A model generated the notes under the pieces. That model was not told where the DNA came from. It searched no databases and saw only the letters and a program-made list of their open reading frames with translations. The position numbers and the translations under genes are program-made. This document shows, one piece after another, positions 29,721 through 39,610 of a stretch of 40,923 nt of DNA (position 1 is the stretch's first letter; each line of letters starts with the position of its first letter). Source of the DNA: Tolypothrix carrinoi HA7290-LM1 (GTDB lineage: Bacteria > Cyanobacteriota > Cyanobacteriia > Cyanobacteriales > Nostocaceae); NCBI GenBank assembly GCA_019358935.1, contig JAHHIK010000075.1, positions 1 to 40,923 on the forward strand. Reading direction: 5' to 3'.

Positions 29721-30914
29721 TTATTTTTTGCCGATCGCCTCAGCCAGCTCGCTTTCACGCTGCGAAATACCCACTTCAACTGGTGCAGGCGATTTCAACA
29801 GTGTGGTGTATAGTTTTAAGGTTTCAGAGGTAATGCGATCCCAACTATAGTTATTTTCTATGTGCTTTTGGGCATTTTTAGCCATTACTGCGAGTTCTTG
29901 GGGATGATTAACTGCCCAATCTAAAGATTTAATGCAGGATTTAACGTTTCCAGCTTCAAAAAGCATTCCCCGTCCGTTATTAATTAACTGTTGGTGGGGT
30001 GGAATGTCGCTTGCTAGTACGGGAATACCTTCGCGCATTGCTTCTAGCATTGCTAAAGGTAGTCCTTCTAAGTCAGAAGGCAGAACAAATAATCCAGCAC
30101 CCCGGACAATTTCTGCGAGTCGAGAACCTCTGAGTTCTCCAGCAAAAACGATATTGCGATCGCTTGCTACTTTTTCTAATAAATTGGCGGTGAAGGTTTT
30201 GGTATCGCTGACACCACCTGCTAATACTAATTTCCACCCTTTCGGTTTGAGGGTAGAAAAGGCTTCAACCAGCAAGTCGGGACACTTTTCGGGTACGAGT
30301 CTGCCCAAAAATACAATATAGCGTCCTCGTTCCAGACCCAAATCAGTGCCGTATTTAAAATTGGGGTCAGAATCAGCGTAACTGGCGGGAGCGTTGGGGA
30401 TGTATACTGTTTCGCGATTGTAAGTTTGCCAAAAGTACTTTTTCAGTGCGTCTGATACAACTATAAATCCGTCGGCGAAACGGACTGCGGCTTTTTCACC
30501 TAGTTGAATCAGCCGAGTTGAAAAACTACCCCATTTGGCACGTTGCCAATCTAACCCCTGACAGGTGACAACTACTTTTGCAGATGTGGCGATGTTGGGT
30601 AAGCAAGTAAATAAAGATGGACCTAAGGCATGGAAATGAACGATATCATATTTTTTGCCAGTGGCGGCGATCGCTCCCAGTCCTGAGGTAATAAATGCAT
30701 CTACTCCTCTTAAGTGTCCACCTGGTAGAGAAATAACTCGCACGCCTTTGTAGTCATAATTCTCAACCCAGGAACAGTCAGTGTAAGAAGAGCGGGCAAA
30801 TAAATCGACACTGTGTCCTTGTGCAACCATGCGGGGATACACTTCTGCACAGTAATGCTCTATACCACCTTGTTTCGGAGGTAGACCTTTTGCACCAATT
30901 ACAGCAATTTTCAT
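29721..30914 (-). CDS. Glycosyltransferase family 4
   Basis: MKIAVIG..GGIE, GRLVPEK and EGLPLAMLEAM motifs. Confidence 0.93.
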   Translation of the reverse strand: MKIAVIGAKGLPPKQGGIEHYCAEVYPRMVAQGHSVDLFARSSYTDCSWVENYDYKGVRVISLPGGHLRGVDAFITSGLGAIAATGKKYDIVHFHALGPSLFTCLPNIATSAKVVVTCQGLDWQRAKWGSFSTRLIQLGEKAAVRFADGFIVVSDALKKYFWQTYNRETVYIPNAPASYADSDPNFKYGTDLGLERGRYIVFLGRLVPEKCPDLLVEAFSTLKPKGWKLVLAGGVSDTKTFTANLLEKVASDRNIVFAGELRGSRLAEIVRGAGLFVLPSDLEGLPLAMLEAMREGIPVLASDIPPHQQLINNGRGMLFEAGNVKSCIKSLDWAVNHPQELAVMAKNAQKHIENNYSWDRITSETLKLYTTLLKSPAPVEVGISQRESELAEAIGKK

Positions 30915-31085
30915 ATTTATCACTTGTTTTCTGGAGGTAGTGTACAACCTGATACACAGACGCTATTTGGTCTGAAAAACTGCACCAGGAACGCGCGATT
31001 AGGCGCTATTTTTTGTGTTCTCCAATGTTTGCATCGCTGCAATACAGAGTTGCTAAAACGAATTTTGGGTTAACCGCATTCGTGT

Positions 31086-32300
31086 TTAGGTAACAGCAAA
31101 ACTAACTCGCTGTTCCCAACGATTTAACATTTGGGCGTAGACATCTCGAACAACCGTGCGGGCTGCATAGGGTTGTGCAGTCCGGATACACGATTCAATC
31201 GGATAATCTTCTGGATGCTGTAGTACCTTGCGTAAGGCATCAGCGATACACTCGCTTGTGCGTTGCTTACAAACAACTCCACTGTTAGGAGTTAGCAATT
31301 TCGGGGTTTCCCCACATTCAGTTGTGACTACTGGCGTTCCGCTAGCCAGCGCTTCTAGGACGACCAAAGGTAGACCTTCATAAGCGCTACTCAGCACAAA
31401 GGCGTTACATATACGATGCAACTGTGCCAGTTCTGCAATTGGAACAGCACCAAGCATTGTTACTCGACCTGTTAAACCTAAGGTATCAATTTCTGCGCGA
31501 ACTTGAGCTGCTAACTCTCCATCACCGGCTATAAGTAGGTGAACGCAAGGATCGTTTAAAGCTGCAAAAGCACGTACTAACAATGTTGGATCTTTCTGCG
31601 GATGCAGGCGACCCGCAAACAGCACAAAACGTGTATCATCCGATAAACCTAGCTTTTGCGCTAGTTCGCGCTCTTTTACTTCTTTCTCTTGCTGACTCAA
31701 GGGATAAAAAAGCTCGTTATCAAACGAGTTTTTAATGTATGCAACGCGATCGCTAACACTCTTATAACGCTGTTTATAATGTTTTACTGCATCAGTGTTG
31801 CATGAAAGAATTTGGCTAAACTGAGGCACTAATAAACTCTCGACAGCGAAATATGCTGCGGGAAATCTTCGCCAAAGAATCGCCTTCTTATCACCCACAG
31901 TTTGCATTTGCGTGTGAATATCATTGTGTATGAATAAAGTTTTTTCTCCTTGCCAATTAAGGGCTGCTAAGGTAGGCTCTAGCCGATGAAAATGCATGAA
32001 ATCTGACTCAAAGCATTGCCCTACAAGCGCTGCTGTATACTTTACCGTCGTCGGTATCAAGCTTCTAACATTATCATTTTCCAGAGAAATTAGAGGTAGG
32101 AAACTAATTTCTCTACCTGCAAATTCGGCTGATTGCCATTTGAGAAGAGGCTGGCTTTTATCGTTTCCTGTTCCTACTAGTCGCACCGCAAATTCTGGAG
32201 GTGCGTATTTGATAAATATGTTTATTAAGGTCTGAATGCCCCCGATAGTAGTGTTCCAAGGATTGAACTGGTAAAAAATTGTGAGAACTGGTTTACGCAT
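31086..32300 (-). CDS. Glycosyltransferase family 4 (first gene of the cluster)
   Basis: GGIQT, FAGRLHPQK and EGLPLVVLEALASG motifs. Confidence 0.93.
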   Translation of the reverse strand: MRKPVLTIFYQFNPWNTTIGGIQTLINIFIKYAPPEFAVRLVGTGNDKSQPLLKWQSAEFAGREISFLPLISLENDNVRSLIPTTVKYTAALVGQCFESDFMHFHRLEPTLAALNWQGEKTLFIHNDIHTQMQTVGDKKAILWRRFPAAYFAVESLLVPQFSQILSCNTDAVKHYKQRYKSVSDRVAYIKNSFDNELFYPLSQQEKEVKERELAQKLGLSDDTRFVLFAGRLHPQKDPTLLVRAFAALNDPCVHLLIAGDGELAAQVRAEIDTLGLTGRVTMLGAVPIAELAQLHRICNAFVLSSAYEGLPLVVLEALASGTPVVTTECGETPKLLTPNSGVVCKQRTSECIADALRKVLQHPEDYPIESCIRTAQPYAARTVVRDVYAQMLNRWEQRVSFAVT

Positions 32301-33205
32301 TACTACAACCCTGGACAACTTGTGTAAACACTAATATAAGTTTTAACACAAAATCTTAAAGTAAGTGTAATTTTAACTATATCCATAGATGTATTTAGTT
32401 TCATCTCCACTTCGTAGTATCTCTTAGGTAATATTTTTTCTTCTCAGTGAATAAAATGCCAGCAGAGTAATTTTTCGCTCTATTTGTCTAATTTATTTCA
32501 CTTGGGAAAATGGTATGGAAGAACACAAAACTTTGCAAATTTTTATACGTTAATAGCAAAATGCTTGACATGAACTTAGTCATGGCTTACACAACTCTAA
32601 ATTATAGAAAAATTCACGCTCAAAAGTTGCAATTAATTTTTATCTGCGGAGCGTGAATGAAGATACACTTCAACGTAGTGCTTACTTTTAGGTGGTGAAA
32701 AGATGCTTGACCATGATGTGCCGACAAGCTGTAAGGCGTTTAACTTAACCGATTGAGCTACGGTGTGAATGTAAATCTAGACTAAAAAATCTGCAACAGT
32801 CTCATGCATATTAGCTGATAATTTGGCGTTGAGAGAAGTAAGTAGCAACTAACAGCATCAAGCGCCAAAACCAGAATTGAAGATATTAAAACACGAATAA
32901 ACACTATCAAAGGAAAGTTCTCATATTTCAAAGATATTGTACTTTCCAAATATGCACACCGATGTTAGGTCTATAGAAATCTTGTCTGCCTCTGTAAATG
33001 AATTAACAAAAACTTAAGTTTGGCAAAAAGTCTAATTAACTCAAATCGCTTGAAAAAGTTATAAATGTAATGCAAACGCCAATATTAACGGCTTTTGAGC
33101 AATAACTTTTGAATCTGGAAAAATAGCGGTTAGCTCGAAATAGAATGATAGCTGTTATCATGAGGATAGGTATTCCTAAATGACATATTGCACCCCTGCA
33201 ACAAA

Positions 33206-33302
33206 GAGTCGCCTTATGTGGACAGGCTTGTGAGCGTAGATCCGCAACCACCCACGACTCGGAACTTCGGTTGCCTGTCCACATAAGTCTTGGGAAAGAC
33301 TC
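33206..33302. other. Candidate structured RNA/DNA element in the cluster's upstream region
   Basis: Perfect 15-bp inverted repeat CTTATGTGGACAGGC (33213-33227) / GCCTGTCCACATAAG (33273-33287) with internal hairpins. Confidence 0.5.
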
Positions 33303-33354
33303 GCCCAATTAAAAACGGCAATAAGTCGAAAATTGTCCGCGTGTTGGATGAATG

Positions 33355-33391
33355 TGTGGGTGCATTAGGTAATAACACCTAACGCACCACC
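33355..33391 (-). terminator. Hairpin downstream of the aminopeptidase gene
   Basis: GGTGCATTAGG-N8-CCTAACGCACC stem; no clear U-tract. Confidence 0.35.
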
Positions 33392-33414
33392 AATCATAGC
33401 AGATGGCGCATCTA

Positions 33415-36132
33415 TTACAGCTTGGATTTGGCTTCTAAATTTTCTAAGCGGCTTTTGAGTTCTTGATTTTGTTGTTTTACTTGGTCGAGTTCTTCGCGTA
33501 ATTGACGCAGAGTTCCTTCTGTACCAACATGAAGACTTACTTTGGTGATTTCTTCTTCAGCAAAACGACGCACCCGTCCATCAGCTGTTTGGTCAGCAAG
33601 CGATCGCAAAATCGAGATCGCTTTCGGGGTTTCCATTTGTCCGAGTGCAACAACTACTGCAACTTGCGTTAAAAAGAAGCTTTCTTTGGCAAGCGTTGCC
33701 AATCTATTTAAAATCGCTTCTAAGTTGGCAGGAGTTTGACCAACAGAAATTTTACCCAAAGCACGAATTGCCGATAAACGCAAGGGTTGCGGTATACCGA
33801 TTTTGGTGTATTCGAGAATTAAATTTAAAGCGGCTTCAGAAGTTTTGAGTTCTGCTAAACCAGCGATCGCACCACTGCGAACAACTTCATTCCAACCAGC
33901 TTTTTCTGTCAAAACTGATTTTAGCAGCTTTAGTACCTTTTCTTCCCTTGGTTTGTCATCCAAATTAGCAGAAGCGATCGCGCCAATTGAGCGAGCTGCC
34001 ATTGCCTCTACATAATAACTAGGATCAGAATCTTGTAAAAGCGGTTTTAAAGCCTTATAGCTTTCATTCGTCTTGATTGTACCAAGCGCTTCCGCCACAG
34101 ATCGCCGCACGAAAGAACTTGTATCTTTTAATCCAACAACTAACTGATCAAAAGCCTGATCTAACTTGATATTTGCTAGTTGTTTGGCTACTTCCACACG
34201 TACACCCCAGAAGGTGTCATTTTGTAACGCCGCAGACAACGCATTTACCGCTTCTAAACCTCCTTTTTTCGCCAAAGCTTCGGCTGCATATATACGGGAG
34301 ATAGGATTCGGGTCAAATTCCATCTGTGCTTTTAACTCCGCTACCGGATATTCTAAAGACACAGTTTTCAGATAATTGTTCCCGACATCAAAACTAATAA
34401 AGTTCGGTTTCTCCCTAAGTGGAAAGTAAAAGCTTTGTTCGCGTTCATTCACACGCACTGTAAAGATTTTCAAGTTAGGTAGAGACGTTCCAGTGGAACG
34501 TCTGTACAAAAGTTCGGAGTTCAAAGTTGAGAGTGGGGAGTTAGGAATATTCTCTTTACTCCCGTACAGACGTTCCGGCGGAACGTCTCTACCTAACTCC
34601 TCACTCCTAACTTCTTCGTGTGGGGTGTAACCAAAACCGATGGGGATTTTCAAATCAAATAAATTATTAGCGTTATCTGTGGTAACTTGATTCTGGGTAA
34701 CTGTGACTTTTGCCAGCTTTGCATCTTGATCCCAAGAGTAAGCGACTTTAAAATCAGGATGACCACCGCGATAAACATACTGGTCGAACAAAAACGTCAG
34801 ATTGCGTCCAGTAGCTTTTTCAATCGCCCTTAGTAAATCGATTGTTTCGACAGTTTTGTGGGCATTATCCCGGACAAATGTCTGAATTGCTTGCCAAAAT
34901 AGTTCTTCGCCTAATTCTGCGCGAATCATGTGATATACACAAGAACCTTTTTCGTAAATGTGGCGATCGTAAAGTTCGATCGCTTCTCGGTAAACGTGTG
35001 TCACCATCGGACGCCGGTAACGAGATGCATCTTCAGCTAAATAACTACGCGCTTCCAGTAACCGATAATATGCAGCTTCTTGATCGCCATATTCATGTTC
35101 TGTCCACATCACCTCAGAATAGGAAGCCATTCCCTCCTTCACCCAAGCGTGTGACCAATGTTTTATCACCACCAAATCGCCAAACCATTGATGCGCGAGT
35201 TCGTGGACAACTAAACTTTCGCTATTGCGGTTATCTAATGCAGCGCGTTCATCCAGCAAACATCTATCAGTTAACAGCGTGGTGGATGTGTTTTCCATCC
35301 CACCAAAGATGAAATCATCAACGCATACTTGATCGTAGTTGGGGAAAGCATAAGGATAACCATATTTTTCGCTTAAAAACTCGATCATGCGCGGAGTTTT
35401 GCCCATGCTGCGTTTAGCATCTTCCTCGCGTCCCTTTTCTACATAGTAGGTGACGGGTTTGCCTTGCCACTCATCGTGAATTGCCGCAAAGTTGCCTACA
35501 GCCAAAGTCATTAAATAAGTAGGATGAACTTGTTGTTGTAACCAGTGGTATATTTTATCATCGCCGTCTTCTGTGGTGTCAATTAGTTCGCCGTTGGAAA
35601 TGGCTACAAACTGTTTGGGTACTCGGACTTTGATTTCACTCGAAGATAATTGTCCTGGATAGTCAAAGCAGGGAAACCAGAAGCGCGAGTCTTCGTCTTC
35701 TCCTTGAGTCCAGACTTGAATAGGTTTGTCGGGGTAATGTTTGTCAGGTTGAATAAAGTAAATACCGCGTTGGGGTTTTTCGACAGAGTAGGCGATCGCC
35801 ATCAGCAATCTTACCCCTACTTGCGTCGGTTGAGGAAGTTGGATGAAAAGCTGTTCTCCATCGCAGTCAAACTTGGATGACACCTCGTTGACTTCGACAG
35901 ACTTAATGTTCAAATTCACCGCATCCAAAGTCAAGCGATCGACCCCATTGCGGATTGGTAATAAGCGAATGCGACAAGTACCGTGGTAACTTTGGTTAGG
36001 AATATCCAAGCTGAGGTCTAGATAAATATGCTCTACCTGTCCTGGGCGATCGGGGTTATAGTGTGGTTTTGCACCTGGTAACTCAAAAGATCTGTGGTGA
36101 TTATTCTCGGCTTCAAAAGAAAACTGCGACAT
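33415..36132 (-). CDS. M1 family zinc aminopeptidase with C-terminal HEAT repeats and coiled coil
   Basis: GGMEN and HELAHQWFG..E motifs; in-frame repeat-derived insertion at about 34478-34620. Confidence 0.95.
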   Translation of the reverse strand: MSQFSFEAENNHHRSFELPGAKPHYNPDRPGQVEHIYLDLSLDIPNQSYHGTCRIRLLPIRNGVDRLTLDAVNLNIKSVEVNEVSSKFDCDGEQLFIQLPQPTQVGVRLLMAIAYSVEKPQRGIYFIQPDKHYPDKPIQVWTQGEDEDSRFWFPCFDYPGQLSSSEIKVRVPKQFVAISNGELIDTTEDGDDKIYHWLQQQVHPTYLMTLAVGNFAAIHDEWQGKPVTYYVEKGREEDAKRSMGKTPRMIEFLSEKYGYPYAFPNYDQVCVDDFIFGGMENTSTTLLTDRCLLDERAALDNRNSESLVVHELAHQWFGDLVVIKHWSHAWVKEGMASYSEVMWTEHEYGDQEAAYYRLLEARSYLAEDASRYRRPMVTHVYREAIELYDRHIYEKGSCVYHMIRAELGEELFWQAIQTFVRDNAHKTVETIDLLRAIEKATGRNLTFLFDQYVYRGGHPDFKVAYSWDQDAKLAKVTVTQNQVTTDNANNLFDLKIPIGFGYTPHEEVRSEELGRDVPPERLYGSKENIPNSPLSTLNSELLYRRSTGTSLPNLKIFTVRVNEREQSFYFPLREKPNFISFDVGNNYLKTVSLEYPVAELKAQMEFDPNPISRIYAAEALAKKGGLEAVNALSAALQNDTFWGVRVEVAKQLANIKLDQAFDQLVVGLKDTSSFVRRSVAEALGTIKTNESYKALKPLLQDSDPSYYVEAMAARSIGAIASANLDDKPREEKVLKLLKSVLTEKAGWNEVVRSGAIAGLAELKTSEAALNLILEYTKIGIPQPLRLSAIRALGKISVGQTPANLEAILNRLATLAKESFFLTQVAVVVALGQMETPKAISILRSLADQTADGRVRRFAEEEITKVSLHVGTEGTLRQLREELDQVKQQNQELKSRLENLEAKSKL

Positions 36133-36647
36133 TGATACTTACTAACCTTATAGGGAAAGAAAACTCTTACTGAATCTAGATAAGACAAATAGCGAAAGAA
36201 GTGTTTTTTGCCCAAGTCAACACAGCAATGAATGGTCGTTAGTTAAAGAGGACAGTTCCACAAGATGGTTTCCCTCTCGTATCTGTCTTCAATAAATGCA
36301 CTCACTGATTGCGATCGCACCCCTTTGACACTTGATTAACAGCGCTTTACGCGCGCGTAAAGCACCAAAAGAAGTGTCAATACTGTTAAGCGTTTCTATA
36401 GCTTAGAATAGCTGACCAGAGCGCGATCGCACTTATCGAGTGGGAATTAACAACATACCATTTACGGATTCATTCCTCACCCCATTGAAGTAATTTTTGG
36501 AGGAATTTCCTTTGAATGAGTTCTTTGTATTACTAAAGTCCCTAGTAAATAACGCTACATTTGTGCAAAAGAACAATAAATCAGCAAACTCCACCATGAC
36601 GCTTGTACAAGCCTCAGTAACAATTTGAGGAAAATAGGATAACATCA

Positions 36648-38306
36648 ATGCCCGAAACTAAATCAAAATTTTTAATTCCTGCTATTGGCGCTGCTGTAAT
36701 TGTCACAGGAAGTATAGCGGCTTATATGTATCTAAAAGGACCGTTTGGCGATAGTTCAGGCGCTTTGGCAAGTGCTAAAATAGTTCCTTCTACAGCATTT
36801 ATCGCAACTTATGTATCTACTGACCCTCAAGCTTGGGCGAAGTTACAGCAGTTTGGCACACCAGAAGCACAAAAAATAGTCGCAAAAGGTCTGGATAGCT
36901 TAAATAAAGATTTGCTTACAGAAAGTAATATTTCTTATGAAAAAGATTTAAAGCCTTGGGTAGGTGGTGTGATGATTGCTGTGCTACCATCAACTTCAGC
37001 TAACCCCGCTCCAAATGCTCCCCCAGCGACACGAGAACCGAATATTTTGATGGTGGTGGGAATTAAGGACAAGCTTGCTGCATTAAATTTTGCTAAAAAA
37101 TTAAAGCAAGAAAAAGGCGTAACCACAAAGGAAATTGACTACAAAGGCGAAAAAATTACCGAAACTACAGGTAAGGGGAAACCCTCATATAGTGCGGTTT
37201 TAAATAATACTTATGTGGTACTTGCTCCATCCAGACAACCTGTAGAAAATTCAATCGATACGTATAAAGGACAACCATCTTTTGCGAGCAAACAAGGCGC
37301 AGACAGCGTTTTTGCGAAAAATGTAGATGTAAAAAATAGTGTAGCGAAAATTTACGTACCAGACTATGGCGGGATGGTACAGCAATTAATAGCGACAAAT
37401 TCCCAAACTACGATACCTCCAGAAACTCTCAAGCAGTTGAAGCAGGTGAAATCGATGGTAGCGGATATTGGTATTGATGATGCGGGAGTGCGGATGAAAG
37501 CGATCGCCAACTTAGATCCGCAAGGAAGCAAATTTCAGTATCAAAACACGAGCGCGAAAATAGTAGCAAACTTTCCCGGTGATACTTTAGCGCTAATTAA
37601 CGGACAGGGGATCAGCAGTTGGTGGTCAGCAGTAGTCGAAGAATCAAAAGATTATCCGGAATTTAAGCAAGTAATCGAACAAGCACGCGGACAGCTTAAA
37701 GCGGTAAATTTTGACTTAGATAAAGATATTTTCGGGTGGATGAATGGGGAATTTGGTTTTGCGGCGATTCCTTCCAATCAAGGTATTTTAGCACAACTTG
37801 GTGTAGGCGGAGCATTTGTATTTGACACAAGCGATCGCAAAACCGCTGAATCTACCTTCGCCAAATTAGATAACCTCGCCAAAACCCAAAAAATCAACGT
37901 TGCCCAAAGAAATATCGGCGGTAAAGATGTAACTGAATGGCAAATTCCCCAACAAAGTGCATTGTTAGCACATGGTTGGTTAGATCAAGATACCGTATTT
38001 TTGGCGTTGGGTGGTCCGATAGGTGAGGCGATCGCCCAACCCAAAACTCAATCTCTCGACAACAGCGACAACTTTAAAGCCGTTACCAGTTCTTTACAAA
38101 AACCTAACGGCGGCTTTCTCTACCTAGATATGGATAAAACCGTTTCTCTTGCAAATCGTTATGCCGTCCAAGGTCAAGCCATCCCCCCAGAAGCCGCTGC
38201 CATCCTCAATTCCATTCGTGGACTCGGTGTAACCGCTACCAGTCTCGACAAATCCACCTCTCAAGTAGAAATGTTGTTAGCACTCAAACCAAAAACTGCT
38301 AAATAG
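36648..38306 (+). CDS. DUF3352-like membrane-anchored protein
   Basis: N-terminal TM; 'SYEKDLKPWVG' and 'DIFGWMNGEF' patterns recognised from cyanobacterial DUF3352 proteins. Confidence 0.75.
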   Translation: MPETKSKFLIPAIGAAVIVTGSIAAYMYLKGPFGDSSGALASAKIVPSTAFIATYVSTDPQAWAKLQQFGTPEAQKIVAKGLDSLNKDLLTESNISYEKDLKPWVGGVMIAVLPSTSANPAPNAPPATREPNILMVVGIKDKLAALNFAKKLKQEKGVTTKEIDYKGEKITETTGKGKPSYSAVLNNTYVVLAPSRQPVENSIDTYKGQPSFASKQGADSVFAKNVDVKNSVAKIYVPDYGGMVQQLIATNSQTTIPPETLKQLKQVKSMVADIGIDDAGVRMKAIANLDPQGSKFQYQNTSAKIVANFPGDTLALINGQGISSWWSAVVEESKDYPEFKQVIEQARGQLKAVNFDLDKDIFGWMNGEFGFAAIPSNQGILAQLGVGGAFVFDTSDRKTAESTFAKLDNLAKTQKINVAQRNIGGKDVTEWQIPQQSALLAHGWLDQDTVFLALGGPIGEAIAQPKTQSLDNSDNFKAVTSSLQKPNGGFLYLDMDKTVSLANRYAVQGQAIPPEAAAILNSIRGLGVTATSLDKSTSQVEMLLALKPKTAK

Positions 38307-38620
38307 GGCAATGGGCATTGGGCATAGGGCATAGGTTTGGCTGTGCGGTCTTGGGGTCTCACGCCACTTGCTTCAACGGGGGGAACCCCCGCAACGGGGT
38401 GGCTCCCCAAGTGGAGCATCTGCCGTCATCGGGCATTGGGGAGGCAGTGCGTAGGCATCGGCAGCGCGGTCTTGGGGGTTCCCCCCATGAGCGACTGCCG
38501 CAAGGGTTTCCCGGCAGACGCGAAGAAAGCCGTCATTGGGCAATGGGCATTGGGCATTGGGCAACCTGCCCCCCCTGCCCCCCCTGCCCCCCCTGCCCCC
38601 CTGCCCCCATTCCCCATTAC
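38304..38620. repeat. STRR tracts with nested short dispersed repeats
   Basis: (GGGCATT)n interrupted by SDR-like units, then (CCTGCCCCC)n. Confidence 0.85.
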
Positions 38621-38689
38621 GGATTGTCATTTTGCTCAACAGACTTTTATGATGCCAACAGTAGAAAAATAGTTAAACCAAATTTACTA

Positions 38690-39610
38690 ATGACTGCTGC
38701 TGTAAAAACTGCTCCTGACTTAACTTCCCGTTTGGTGAATCGCATCTTAGCAATTAAGCCGCTATACAACCTAGCCAAACACCAAGCCAGACAAATGATG
38801 ATCAAACGCGCCGAAAAAATAGGCGTACCTTGGAACAAAGAAGTAGAGACACTAAAAGCGCGTGATTGGGAAAGCGATTTAGCTGAAGTGCAAAATCCCC
38901 AGCTTTCTTACCCAGAATATTACTTCCGCCCATTCCACGCTTACGAAGCCGGAAATCTCGACTGGGAAGCAGCTTTAGAGTTAGAAGTTGCTGCTTGCAC
39001 AGTCCACGCGGGAATTTGGCGAGATGCTGGGGCGCAAGGCGACGCTAAACTACGTCAAAGTTACCACGATATCCTTAAAGCACAAATTCCCCATGAACCG
39101 CAAGACATCCTAGATATGGGGTGCAGCGTGGGTTTGAGTACATTTGCTTTGCAAAAGATTTATCCCCAAGCCAAAATTACAGGCTTAGACTTATCTCCTT
39201 ATTTTTTAGCCGTTGCTCACTACCGAGAACAGCAACACAATTGTAAAATTAACTGGGTTCATGCCCCTGCCGAATCAACTGGACTATCAGATGCATCATT
39301 TGATTTAGTCTCAATTTTCCTGATGTGCCACGAATTGCCCCAATCAGCAACCAGAGAGATTTTTACAGAAGCGCGGCGTCTGTTACGTCCGGGTGGACAT
39401 TTGGCAATCATGGATATGAATCCCAAATCGGAAATTTATACCCAGATGCCGCCTTACATTTTGACACTGCTCAAAAGTACTGAACCATATTTAGACGAAT
39501 ATTTTGCCTTAGACATTGAACAAACCCTTGTGGAGGCAGGTTTTAATGCACCTACCATAACTCGTAACACTCCCCGTCACCGTACCGTAATTGCTCAGAT
39601 GAGTGGCTGA
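38690..39610 (+). CDS. Class I SAM-dependent methyltransferase
   Basis: ILDMGCSVG, GLDLS and LLRPGG motifs. Start at MTAAVK; the upstream ORF extension is repeat-derived. Confidence 0.9.
   Translation: MTAAVKTAPDLTSRLVNRILAIKPLYNLAKHQARQMMIKRAEKIGVPWNKEVETLKARDWESDLAEVQNPQLSYPEYYFRPFHAYEAGNLDWEAALELEVAACTVHAGIWRDAGAQGDAKLRQSYHDILKAQIPHEPQDILDMGCSVGLSTFALQKIYPQAKITGLDLSPYFLAVAHYREQQHNCKINWVHAPAESTGLSDASFDLVSIFLMCHELPQSATREIFTEARRLLRPGGHLAIMDMNPKSEIYTQMPPYILTLLKSTEPYLDEYFALDIEQTLVEAGFNAPTITRNTPRHRTVIAQMSG

Noticed and set aside
32319..33200. NtcA, DIF1 (TCCGGA) or ops sites upstream of the cluster
   Set aside because: No convincing match by eye. A 10-bp inverted repeat near 32612-32659 was too weak to call.
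33213..33287. tRNA, hammerhead or retron msr-msd
   Set aside because: No cloverleaf, no CUGAUGA/GAAA core, and no adjacent reverse transcriptase.
33036..33308. 90-aa minus-strand ORF in the cluster leader
   Set aside because: Non-ATG start, no recognisable motif, and it overlaps the structured element.
38318..38689. N-terminal extension of the methyltransferase and overlapping ORFs
   Set aside because: Repeat-derived; the conserved-looking sequence begins at MTAAVK.
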